From NCBI GenBank assembly GCA_951406725.2, contig OX597835.1, positions 24,924,001 through 24,988,000 of the forward strand: 64,000 nt of DNA, written 5' to 3'. The position numbers and the translations under genes are program-made. Source of the stretch: Octopus vulgaris (taxonomy: Eukaryota). Below, in pieces: positions 26,393-37,796 of this stretch; position 1 is the stretch's first letter; each line of letters begins with the position of its first letter. Below the pieces are notes generated by a model. The model worked only from the letters and a program-made list of their open reading frames with translations, was not told the DNA's origin and searched no databases.

Positions 26393-26814
26393 TCTTTTCT
26401 ACTCTAGGCATAAGGCCCGAAATTTTGGGCCAGTCGATTAGATCAACCCAAGGACGGAACTGGTACTTAATTTATCGACTCCGAAAGGATGAAAGGCAAA
26501 ATCGACCTCGGCGGAATTTGAACTCAGAACGCAGTGGCGGACGAAATACCGCTAAGCATTTCACCCGGCGTGCTAACGTTTCTTATTTCTTTATTGCCCA
26601 CAAGGGGCTAAACACAGTGGGGACAAACAAAGATAAACAAACGGATTAAGTCAATTATATCGACCCCAGTGCGTAACTGGTACTTATTTAATCGACCCCG
26701 GAAGGGTGAAAGGCAAAGTCGACCTTGGCGGAATTTGAACTCAGAACGTAGCGGCGGACGAAATACGGCTACGCATTTCGCCCGGCGTGCTAACGTTTCT
26801 GCCAGCTCGCCGCC
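26393..26814 (-). mobile_element. Two adjacent SINE family B copies
   Basis: Two repeats of gaaaggcaaa(g/a)tcgacct(c/t)ggcggaatttgaactcagaacg with different tails. Confidence 0.9.
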
Positions 26815-26822
26815 ATAAATGT

Positions 26823-27116
26823 CAGATATCATAATCATTTGCAGCGCATGAATTAAGGATTTGCATTCTGTCCCCAAGATCCCAAATGCAGTTATAATTT
26901 GCTCCAGACAGGTCGCTATGTATCCTCTTGCTCCAACAATAATAGGTATGAAATTCAAAGTGTATCTTGAGGACTGGTTTTGCAAACTCCTTATCAATGA
27001 TCAATAGACGTCTTCTTTCTCTTGTATTTTTCTAACCACATTCGTGTCCAGAGGGAAGCTGATTTCCACAAAAGAACGTCTTATCTTTGTGGTCTCACAC
27101 AACTATATCTGGTCAG
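26823..27116 (-). pseudogene. Restriction-like endonuclease (PD-D/ExK) domain fragment of an RLE-type non-LTR retrotransposon
   Basis: Across two frameshifts: PDIVV*DHKDK / FVEISFPLDTNVVRKIQEKEK / LIRSLQNQSSRYTLNFIPIIVGARG..LQ. Confidence 0.8.
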
Positions 27117-27153
<37 letters not shown>

Positions 27154-27334
27154 TATTTAGGCAGACTTTCGGAACAGGTGGCCCACACAAGTTGGAATTT
27201 CTCTGCTTTGGTCGCGATTTTTCAAATTTCTTTTGCACCACGCACTTGCAATAATGGATGGGGGTCGGATATGCTATTTCTTAACATAAAAAAAAAATTT
27301 AATCTATAATTTTTAACACTTTTGCACCACAGCT

Positions 27335-27500
27335 GGAGGCGCGTGGCTTAGTAGTTGAACTGATGGTGGTAAGATTGTGGTCCCGATTCCTGGATCGGAC
27401 AACGCGTTGTGTTCTTGAGCAAGACACTTCATTTCACGTTACTCCAGTCCACTCAGCTACCAAAAAATCAATAATCCTGCGACGAACCGGCGTCCCGGAC
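27335..27500 (+). mobile_element. SINE family C-related head
   Basis: ggaggcgcgtggcttagt...gttgtgttcttgagcaagacacttcatttcacgttactccagtccactcagct. Confidence 0.7.
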
Positions 27501-27534
27501 AGGTATATATCCTCTTGCTCCAACAATAATAGTA

Positions 27535-27682
27535 ATGGTAAGTAGCTTGCTTAGCAACCATATGGTTCCGGGTTCAGTCCCATTGCGTGGCACCTGGGGC
27601 AAGTGTCTTCTACTATAGCTTCGGGCCGACCAAAACCTTCTGAGTGGATTTGGTATGCGGAAACTGAAAGAAGCCCGTCGTA

Positions 27683-27763
<81 letters not shown>

Positions 27764-27980
27764 GTGTGTGTATGTGTTTGTGTGTCTGTGTTTGTCCCCC
27801 CAACATTGCTTGACAACCGATGCTGGTGTGTTTACGTCTCCGTAACTTAGCGGTTCGGCAAAAGAAAAACCGATAGAATAAGTACTAGGCTTACAAAGAA
27901 TAAGTCCTGGGGTTTATTTGCTCGACTAAAGGTAGTGCTCCAGCATGGCCGCAGTCAAATAACTAAAACAAGTAAAAGAG
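27535..27980 (+). mobile_element. SINE family A, near full-length
   Basis: Family pattern with expanded internal (TA)n. Confidence 0.92.
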
Positions 27981-28084
27981 TATATGTATGTATGTCCCCG
28001 AGGATGTTGTGGTGTTGCTTACGATTATCCCATCACATTAATCACCAGCAACTGAAAAAAACAAAAGGGAATGAATGAAAAAAT

Positions 28085-28394
28085 AGAGACCGCTTTTAGT
28101 CATGAATGACCATGGGATTGCACCTAGAAATTTCCCCTCCGAGGCACAAGTCCGAGCAAGGTTGTTTATGGAAGACCAGCAGTTACCCATGTATATCAGA
28201 TTCTCCTCTTCCACGCCACCGATGTTATCTAAGGGAAAGGTGAAGGCTGATATAGCTTGGCACCAGTGACGTCGCAACTCATTTCTACAGCTGATTGAAC
28301 TGAAGAAACGTGGAATAAAGCTCGGCCTGGAATCGAACTCACTACCGCGTGGTCGTGAGCCCGACGCTCGAACCACTGAGCCATGCGCCTTCAC
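28085..28394 (-). mobile_element. SINE family C (tRNA head)
   Basis: Minus head gtgaaggcgcatggctcagtggttcgagcg...gagttcgattcc; body shared with 42589-42958. Confidence 0.88.
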
Positions 28395-28427
28395 TGAATG
28401 AAAAAATGGCCGAACAAAGAAATACGT

Positions 28428-29000
28428 GGGATGATGGTAGTGGAAGTTGTGGTGGTGATGGTGGTGTTGTGTTGACTGTGGTAATGGTTGTGGCGGTTGC
28501 GGTGGTGGAGATAGTGGCGGCCACAGTAAAAATGGTTGTGGTTGTGTTTGGGAATGTGGCTTAAGTGATAAAGATGAAGTTGACGGTGGTGATGGTGGCG
28601 GTAAGCTTGTGGTTGTTGTGTTTAGGATTGTGATATAAGTAGTAATGACGTAGGTAATGGAAGTTGTTGATGGCGGCGCCGGTGGGGGTAGTCGTCGTTG
28701 TCTTGTAGTGGAGGTGGTCGTGCTTGTTGGGGTGGTGGTGATGGTCATGTTAGTTGGAGTGTCGTTGTTGCTGTTGTTGGTGGTAATGGTTGTAGTGGTA
28801 GTGGTGGTGGTAACGATAATGATGGTAGTGATGATGGTGGTGGTGGTAATGGTTGTAGTGGTAGTGGCTGTGGTAATGGTAGTGATGGTGGTGGTGGTGA
28901 TGGTAATGGTTGTAGTGGTAGTGGTGGTTGTGATGGTTGTGATGGTGATGGTTGTTGGAGCGTTAGTGTTGTTGCTCTTGGTGGTAGTGGTGGTGGCTGT
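28428..29000. repeat. Cryptic (GGT/GTA/GAT)n trinucleotide repeat
   Basis: Explains the 393-aa poly-T ORF. Confidence 0.9.
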
Positions 29001-29907
29001 GAGAGCGACGCACAATCCTACACAAGGATTGTTCCGATCTTCATTATTCAGGCCTATCAAAGAGATACCAGTGACCATCCATTTGATAGTCAAACATGGC
29101 TGCGACGACATAGAGAGGTCAACATAGAGGTCAGTAGGCTGCATTTCACACCACCCACACTCGTCCGCCATCACCACGACCTCCGTTACCACCGCCGCCG
29201 CCGCCACAACAGATTCCATTCTGTTAAGAGAATATGCTGGAAAGTAATTGAGAGTAGGTGTTGAAGAGACACGAAATGAGATTCACAGACAGACGGGCAG
29301 GCAGGCAGGCAGACACACAGACAGATTAACGGACAGTGAATGCTATGGTGAAGAAACAGTGACCTGAAGAATAAGAGAGCGAAAGAATAGAGTGCGTGCG
29401 TGAGTAAGAGAGACTGAGCGATATCTGTGAGTGAGAGGTGAGAAAAAGGGGAAGAGAGAGAGAAGGGGACAGAGAGAGAGAGTGACGCAGTATATTATAT
29501 ATATATAGAGAGAGTAAGAACGAGACCGACTGAGACAGAGACACAGAAACAGAGAGAAGCAGACAGAGGAAGACAAACAAGTATAGAAGTAGAGAGAGAG
29601 AGAGACAGACAGAAAGAGATAGACATAGAGACAGACAGACAGACAAAGACACTGGAGTGAAAGACATTGAGAAATAAATGAGTGGAACATAACAGCAATT
29701 CTTATGACGGGGGTCATTTCCGCTTGTAAAACATTTCAAAATTCCTGGAGATAAATTTTGAGACTCCGTTCCGAACAAGTTTTTACTTTGAAAAATTCTC
29801 CATCATTCATTATTCGAACCTGTTTTTGCTATTAATTTATTTTCCTTAATGTTTGCGAAATGTATTTGGATAAATTCTGTAATAAATTAGGGACATTTTT
29901 TTAAATC

Positions 29908-30335
29908 TTTTACTTCTTTCAGTCATGAGACTGCGGCACTACATTGAAGAATTTTTAGTCGAATGGATCTACCCCAGTGCTTATTTTATAAGCATGGTAT
30001 TCATTCTATCGGACCTCTTTTACTGAACCGTTAAGTTACGAAGACGCAAACACGCCTACATACGTTGTCAAGCTGTGGTGGGGGACAAACACAGACACGA
30101 AGACACACACGTAGATACACATACACATCGATTGGCTTCTTTCACTTTTCGTGTGTGTGTATCTTTGTTTGACACCACTACTGCTTGACAACCGGTATTC
30201 GTTTGTTTTCGTCCTCGTAAGTTAGCGGTTCGGCAAAAAAGAGACCGATGCCATAAGTACCAAGCTATTCATTCGATTAAGAGTTCTTCAAGGCGGTGCT
30301 CCAGCATGACCGCACTCTACTGACTGAAAGATAGA
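29908..30335. mobile_element. Two divergently oriented SINE family A 3' halves
   Basis: Minus tail ~29908-30148 followed by plus tail ~30150-30335. Confidence 0.75.
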
Positions 30336-30379
<44 letters not shown>

Positions 30380-30548
30380 ATATGCATATATTGATATATT
30401 ATTTATAATATTATATGATCGAACGCCACATATATAAATATTTATAAGATGGTATAAAACTACAAAAGAATATATTAGACTTTACAAGACTTTAAAAAAC
30501 TTAATAAGAGGTGTTGAAAGTGTCATTTCAGTACATAGGTTGACTCTT

Positions 30549-30788
30549 CTATACATGTTTTGAATTACATCTTGAAATAGTCTGACGCGGTATGAACCGT
30601 GTGAAGGTTATGATTGCGTCTTTTAGTTCATTAATAATTTTCGGGCGATTCTTGTACACTGATCCTGTACTTGCTCCCCAGAAATAAAAGTCTGGCAGCG
30701 TTAAATCAGGTAATCTTGGTGGCCAAAGTCCCTTCGAAATAATCCGTTCACGGAAAAATTCACTGCGGAGAGATTCTTTGAACACCCT
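30549..30788 (-). pseudogene. Tc1/mariner-superfamily (Tc3/maT-like) transposase C-terminal fragment
   Basis: FFRERIISKGLWPPRLPDLTLPDFYFWG...VYKNRPKIINELKDAI matches the WPPRSPDLTP.DFFLWG motif. Confidence 0.85.
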
Positions 30789-30789
30789 G

Positions 30790-30857
<68 letters not shown>

Positions 30858-31179
30858 CAGGGCCACCAAGATTACCTGATTTAACGCTGCCAGTGACAGG
30901 ATGTTGTCTCAGTTTTAGACGCAGCAAATGATTTTAGCTCAATAGAGGCCATAGGACTGGTTAAAATTCGAAAAATTAAACTACGTTAAACTTACAAATT
31001 ACAAGAAAGCCAAGAGAAAAAAATGTTTTATTTTGACACATTCTACCAGTATACGAAGTTTAAAAGTGTTTAGTTAACTAGAAATTGTGTTGAAAACTGC
31101 CGTTCAAAAGGAAAAGATCCGCATTCTTTTCCAATGTTCTAAAAACTTCACAGCCTTAGCTTTTTTATCTCATTACTCC

Positions 31180-31383
31180 CTTTTACTCTTTTACTTGTTT
31201 CAGTCATTTGACTGCAGCCATGCTGGAGCAACGCCTTTAGTCGAGCAAATCGACCCCGGGACTTATTCTTTGTAAACCTAGTACTTATTCTATCGGTCTA
31301 TTTTGCCGAACCGCTAAGTTACGGGGACGTAAACACATCAGCATCGGTTGTCAAGCGATGTTGGGGAGACAAACACAGACACA

Positions 31384-31445
<62 letters not shown>

Positions 31446-31557
31446 CATATATACGACTGGCTTCTTTCAGTTTCTGTTTCCCTATTCTACTAAAAAAACT
31501 TTGGTCGGCCCGAGGCTAAATTCGGAGATACTCGCCCAAGGTGCCAGGCAGTGGAAC
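31180..31557 (-). mobile_element. SINE family A, 5'-truncated
   Basis: Reverse complement of family tail and body. Confidence 0.88.
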
Positions 31558-31694
31558 TATATAAACATTATCAGCCACATATACGTAACGTTCATGCGGT
31601 GTGTATTTGCCGGCGAGCTGCTGATGGCGTGGTGGAAAATACTCTTTCAAAACACTTCTGAGTCATGGACAGGCGAGACACCCTCCCCATACCG

Positions 31695-31748
<54 letters not shown>

Positions 31749-32376
31749 TATATATATATATATATATATAAATACAAACATATTCCCTTCTTTCTTTCTT
31801 TTTCGCTATTTTAGGAAATTCCAATCACAATTGCCCACTCCAGCATGGACAAATATATGAACGGTCTCTAACGTTCTTACAAAATATTCAAAAGCTCTTT
31901 ACTTTATTTCATTACTCATATTTATTGTAAGTTGGTTTTAATTTATTCACTGTTGTTTTTGAAAGTTTTTCGTTGTTTTTTGTTCTGTTTCGTTATATGC
32001 TATTTCTTTTTATTTCTTGATAAATATTTGATTAAATGTAAGATTTAATTCGGTCTTACGGTTATGAAGTAATTAAGAAAAAAAATCATTATTTATTATT
32101 TCTGAGAAATTTTCAAGTGTACACATGCACACACCCCATCACACCAATATTCTCATAGCATGACGCGCGCACGCTCGTTCACACACACACACACACACAC
32201 ATACACACACCTATTCTATTCATCTTAATAGCAATTTAATTGCATATCTATCGACCTGTCTATTTTTCTCCTACAGCCTATCTGTCTATTTGACTGTCTG
32301 TCTTTCTATCTGTCTATCTAGCTATCCATCCATCCATCCATCAATATGCTTATTTCTCTGTCTGTAAATCTCTTTT

Positions 32377-32507
<131 letters not shown>

Positions 32508-32513
32508 GTCTGT

Positions 32514-32574
<61 letters not shown>

Positions 32575-32825
32575 ATTTTCACTCTGTCTATTTGTCTATA
32601 TCTATCTCACTGTATTTCCGACTCTCTCTCTTTATATTATATATATACGTGTTCTTGTTCGGCCTGTTGGTACAGAATCGATGAGCTTTTACCTTCCTTG
32701 AGTTGTCTCCAATGTTCATTCACCCGCTCACCAATGCTTCTTGCAGTTTCCCCTACGTATGTTACTGTCTTGTTACTGCATCGTCCCTCTATATTATATT
32801 TTCTCTCTCTCTATATATATATATA

Positions 32826-33038
32826 CAAAATGGCTGACGGTTAGTAAGGAGAGACACAAGTAAGTGAGAAAAAAACAAAGGACCACTGATGCGGTCACAG
32901 GAGTGTGACGAAAGAACTTTGGCCGAAATAAGATTAAGATTAATGTAAAAAATAAATATCACTGAAGCAAAATAACACCAAATATATAGTGCGTGTGTTT
33001 TTATTGGCTAAACTGGCAATATGACCATTCCGAAATAT

Positions 33039-33042
<4 letters not shown>
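32826..33042 (+). mobile_element. Mini-element with hammerhead-like core between TA tracts
   Basis: cca CTGATGC g gtcaca ggag tgtgac GAAAgaacTT tgg at 32883-32922. Confidence 0.55.
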
Positions 33043-33122
<80 letters not shown>

Positions 33123-33178
33123 ATTTATTAGTTTATTTATCTATATTTAACTATCTATCTATCTATCTATTTATTTAA

Positions 33179-33590
33179 AGGCACGGGCGCGGCTGTGTGG
33201 TAAGAAGCTTGCTTCCCAACCGCATGGTTTCGGGTTCAGTGCCACTACGGCATCTTGGGCAAGTGTCTTCTACTGTAGTCCCAGGCCTTGTGAGTGGATT
33301 TGACGGAAACCGAAAGAAGCCGGTAGTGTGTATGTATGTATGTATGTATGTATGTATGTATGTATGTGTTTCTCCCCCACTCCACCGCTTGACAACCGGT
33401 GTTGGTGAGTTTATATCCCCGTAACTTAGCAGTTCGGCAAAAGTGATCGATAGAATAAGTACCAGGCGCGCTTTAAAAAAAAATCAAAGGACTGGGGTCG
33501 ATACATTCGCCCACAAATTCTACAAGGCGGTGCTCCAGCATGGCCACAGTTGAATGACTGAAACAAGTAGAAGATAAAAGATAAAAGATA
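33179..33590 (+). mobile_element. SINE family A
   Basis: Head, CORE-like box and tail present. Confidence 0.88.
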
Positions 33591-33992
33591 TTTATCCATT
33601 CGCCAACAAGCAAATATCTAAGTCCCCAGTTGTAGTTAAATGTAGGCAAGCGGGTAGGTGGCTGGGTGGATATTTATCTCTTCGTCTGTTATCTCTCTGT
33701 GACAATGTTTGATGCTCTTGTACATGTATGGCGACAGGGATTCAAAAACTCCAGGGACGACCAATAATCAGTGCCACAAGTTCCACACAGAAGACAGACA
33801 AACAACACCAACAGGAAGAGATAAGAAAGCTAAGTGTCATAATTCGTCTCCCGAGACCCTGGCACTCATTCCGTCTGCTATTATTCCATATCTTTAAGAT
33901 TTTGCTCTATTGGTCCTTTGTGACGCCTCTTCATATCCGTAGCCAATTTGATAATTTGGTTTGCAATAGTGCTTTACGTGACTTAGCCGGGG

Positions 33993-34345
33993 ATGGTGGG
34001 GAATAATGGTAGACTTCGCTATTATCTTTGCAGGTCCTCCCAACAGAATTAGAGCATCAGGAAGAAGGCCCTGCAATATTTGTACTGGTTCTATGTACTC
34101 CAAGTTCGAATCCCGCCGAGATCAATTTGCTCTTCCTTTATCATTTCGGGTACGGGGTTGATAGTCATGGGTGGTGGGGAGCGGTAGACTTCGTTATTAT
34201 TTTTGCAGACCTTCCCAATAGAATTATTTGAGCAGAGGGAAGAAGGCCGTGCAGTATTTGTACTGGTCCTATGTAAATTTACAGATTTACAAATAGAGAG
34301 TTCGAATCCGGCCGAGTTCAGTTTGCCGTTCGTTTATCATTTCGG
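33993..34345 (+). repeat. Diverged tandem duplication of an old SINE-B-like sequence (~175-bp unit)
   Basis: ggtagacttcg..tttgcag..ccca..agaatta..gaagaaggcc..tttgtactgg..gttcgaatcc.gccgag occurs twice. Confidence 0.7.
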
Positions 34346-34847
34346 TTACGAGGTCGATGGGTCGATGCTTCTCTCTCTCTCTCCCTCTCTCTATCTCTCT
34401 CTCTCTCTCTCTCACTCACTCACTCACTCACTCTCCCACTCTGCCCCATCTTTCCTTCCCTCGATCTCTCTCTTTCTCACGCGCACACATACGCACATAC
34501 ACATACACATACTGAAATTAGCTGCTATTAGACCTGGATGGATTCATGAGGAGCCGTATTGTGGAATTGAACTCGACACTAGGAAATTGCAAAGCGAACT
34601 TCATAACAGCACACACATGTTTCTGTAAATGTGTGCCTCTATGCGGACGAACAAAATGCTGCTAAGCATTTCGTCCGGGGTGCAAGCGATTCCGCAAACC
34701 CGCCACTTTATGATTGCAAAGCATTGGAATAAATATCTGTATCGGATTCAAGTAATGTCCCTCTCACCTACACAAAAGGTACTCGGAGTAGCTGAGCTTT
34801 GTGTTACTGAAATTATGTTTTGACGAATCATATATGGATTTTTTAAA

Positions 34848-35025
34848 TTCTTTTACTTGTTTCAGTCACTTGACTGCGGTCATATTAGAGCACCACCTTT
34901 AGTCGGACAAATCGACCCCAGGACTTATTCTTTGTAATCCAAGTACTTATTCTATCGGTCACTTTTGCTGAACCGCTAAGTTACGGGGACATTAACACAC
35001 CAACATCGGTTGTCAAGCGATGGTA
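34848..35025 (-). mobile_element. SINE family A, 3' half
   Basis: cttttacttgtttcagtc...ggacttattctttgtaa...gaaccgctaagttacgggg. Confidence 0.85.
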
Positions 35026-35085
35026 GAACACATATGCATGTGCGTGTGTGTATGTGTGTGAGTAGGCGCAATGGCTTAGTGGTTA

Positions 35086-35157
<72 letters not shown>

Positions 35158-35465
35158 TTTTACATGACTTAATGGATTGGTCGCTGTTTAGTTATGTATT
35201 TAGGAGTTGGTTGTAATTTACTTATCGAATTTATTTACCGACACTGTTGTACATAGGGTGAAAGTGTTTGAAAGTTATGGTTTCTTTGTTATGTTTGTTC
35301 CCAAACAACACTTGTTTCAGTGCTGCTGACACCGCCGGATTGAATGGTACTGCCCAGGCGTCGAAACCATAACGATATCCGTTGGGCAGCTGATGATGGA
35401 TGGATGTATGCTGGATTGTTGATGTGACTGTTTTTGTATATGAGGGATAGTATAACACATCCTTT

Positions 35466-35530
<65 letters not shown>

Positions 35531-35534
<4 letters not shown>

Positions 35535-35724
35535 GGTCCCGGGTTGAGTCGGGGTTAACCACAGTAAATAAGGTACTCAATACATAGCAGAGTAAATTAA
35601 TTTATTTTATAGAAGGAGCTTCTACAGGACTAGAACTGTTTCATTCAAATGAAATCATCAGGAAGCTTCCTGATGATTTCATTTGAATGAAACAGTTCTA
35701 GTCCTGTAGAAGCTCCTTCTATAA

Positions 35725-35729
<5 letters not shown>
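35531..35729. mobile_element. Fold-back mini-element with 128-bp perfect palindrome between (TA)n tracts
   Basis: 35602-35729 is self-complementary (centre ggaag|cttcc); each arm carries CTGATGA tttcatttgaat GAAAC a GTT. Confidence 0.8.
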
Positions 35730-35773
<44 letters not shown>

Positions 35774-36335
35774 CATACATATATACATATACATTATATA
35801 TAAAAATCCCTTTCTTTCTCTGTGCTGGGAGAAAAGAGAATTTACTATAAAAACAAACCCCCAGCCCTCCCTCCAACGTATAATTTACTTTAAAAAGAAA
35901 TACTTTAAAAGGGAAAAACGTGAGAAAAAAAGAAAAATTAATAATCTAATTTAACAATAGACAAAAACATGTGCCTTCTCGCACATAAACACAGTATTCA
36001 CACATATACAAACATGCGCAGATGCAATTATTGAAGTACTAAATGGCACGTCAAATGATATTTAATCGTGTGGAACATGTTACATGCATATCAATATTCT
36101 AAAGTTTGGACATACTATCCCTTATCCTAAAGCTGCTTCAGACAATTAGGAAGGGTTCCCGACTCGTTGCACCGTCTGCTTTCAATCTTGGATTGTGATT
36201 CGGCTCAGCCCAAACTCTCTCAGATTTTGTCTGCTGTTGCCTACTCCTACAAGGATTGCACCTGTTTTTTGTTCCTGATTTAACCCCGATTTGTCCTAGA
36301 GCCCATAGAAGATTGTTTTTAGTCAACCATCCATC

Positions 36336-37796
36336 ATGTCAGCTACCTACGCATCGAAACTGAGATCTGCAAGTAGGGCTTCTCATCAAGATGATGGTCC
36401 TACCAATAGTCAGCTCAACGAGCAGTTGCTGTTGCTCAAACAAGAGGTTGAGCACCTAAAGTCTGTTGTTGCTCTCTTACTGAATAAACAGTCTCCTGTT
36501 GACGCAGAGTCACCCTTAATTTCTTCCCTGGAGACGTCCAAACCGAAGGGAACAAAATCGAAGCGGCCAAAGAAGGCGAAGGAACCGGCGGTCGTTTCTG
36601 CACATGATCGTTCCCGTGCGGATTCTTCCTCATCTGCCTTTTCGGTCCCGGAGGTTTCCCAACCTAATTTGAGGAGCGTAGACTCAAACCCACCTGAAGA
36701 CCGTTGTTCTCCCCAAAAGAAGAAACGTCGTCAAAACTCCAATGGGGCGGATTTAGCTATGAAACCTGACCACGATAAACGGTCTCCTGTTGACACAGAG
36801 TCACCCTTGATTTCTTCCCTGGAGACGTCCAAACCGAAGGGAACAAAATCGAAGCGGCCAAAGAAGGCGAAGGAACCGGCGGTCGTTCCTGCACATGATC
36901 GTTCCCGTGCGGATTCTTCCTCATCTGCCTTTTCGGTCCCGGAGGTTCCCCAACCTAGTTTGAGGAGCGTAGACTCAAACCCACCTGAAGACCGTTGTTC
37001 TTCCCAAAAGAAGAAACGTAGTCAAAACTCCAGAGGGGCAGATTTGGCTATGAAACCTGATCACGATAAAATCTGTTTGGATTCTCCTTCACTTGTCCTT
37101 CCCATTAATGCCATTGCTCAACCAATTCTGAACGATCTCGATGTGAGTTCATCTGGGGAGTGGTGCTCCCCCAAACCGAAGAAGAGGCAGTGCAGTTCCA
37201 AACCAGGCGGGAAAATTATGACCACTAAATCCATTCCGATCGACCCCACAGGCCGACATAAGTCCGATGGCTATGAAACCACCCTTTCGAAATCCTCCAA
37301 TGAAGAATCGAATACCGCAGCTCATAGTAGAGAACTTTTTGCCCACTCAAGATCAGCAATAATATATGGCAAAGCTGAATCCACCTGTGATACAGGCATA
37401 AACCGCCTAAAAGACGACATTAATTTTGTTTCCATTTTGGTTGGAGAATTGTTCTCTGTGAACGAAAATGTCAGTGTTCTTAAGGTCGCTCGGCTAGGAA
37501 GATTCCAAGCGAACCCAACCGCAGATACTAGACCACGCCCAATAAGGGTAATCTTTTCTTCTGATCGGGAGGCTTCAGTCTTTCTGAACAGAGCTCAGAC
37601 GCATGCCTGGGAGGACCCCAATATGGGTTTTCGCGAGGAATACTCACTAAGAGAGAGAATTCGCCGGAGGAACCTGATATCCGAACTAAAGATGAGGAAA
37701 CAAATGGGAGAGAAGGGTTTACGAATCCAAGATGGACAGATAATCAAGTCCTACCTCTGGTCCCATGCTGTAGTGCTGACAGGGAAAGTGATGTGA
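36336..37796 (+). CDS. LINE ORF1 protein (coiled coil, duplicated low-complexity basic region, RRM/CTD-like C-terminus)
   Basis: 486-aa ORF with ATG; heptads LNEQLLLLKQEVEHLKSVVALLL; RLG..RPRPIRVIF and ER...L..EL..R...GE..L.I..G.I motifs typical of CR1/L2-type ORF1. Confidence 0.88.
   Translation: MSATYASKLRSASRASHQDDGPTNSQLNEQLLLLKQEVEHLKSVVALLLNKQSPVDAESPLISSLETSKPKGTKSKRPKKAKEPAVVSAHDRSRADSSSSAFSVPEVSQPNLRSVDSNPPEDRCSPQKKKRRQNSNGADLAMKPDHDKRSPVDTESPLISSLETSKPKGTKSKRPKKAKEPAVVPAHDRSRADSSSSAFSVPEVPQPSLRSVDSNPPEDRCSSQKKKRSQNSRGADLAMKPDHDKICLDSPSLVLPINAIAQPILNDLDVSSSGEWCSPKPKKRQCSSKPGGKIMTTKSIPIDPTGRHKSDGYETTLSKSSNEESNTAAHSRELFAHSRSAIIYGKAESTCDTGINRLKDDINFVSILVGELFSVNENVSVLKVARLGRFQANPTADTRPRPIRVIFSSDREASVFLNRAQTHAWEDPNMGFREEYSLRERIRRRNLISELKMRKQMGEKGLRIQDGQIIKSYLWSHAVVLTGKVM
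36485..37070 (+). repeat. In-frame 291-bp (97-aa) tandem duplication within ORF1
   Basis: gtctcctgttgac at 36491 and 36782; cacgataaa at 36771 and 37062. Confidence 0.95.

Noticed and set aside
28038-29219. 393-aa Thr/Pro/His-rich ORF resembling a mucin
   Set aside because: Composed of a cryptic trinucleotide repeat running into a SINE; open in several frames on both strands
33600-33990. Unique block with short ORFs as a possible host exon
   Set aside because: No recognisable domain or convincing splice signals
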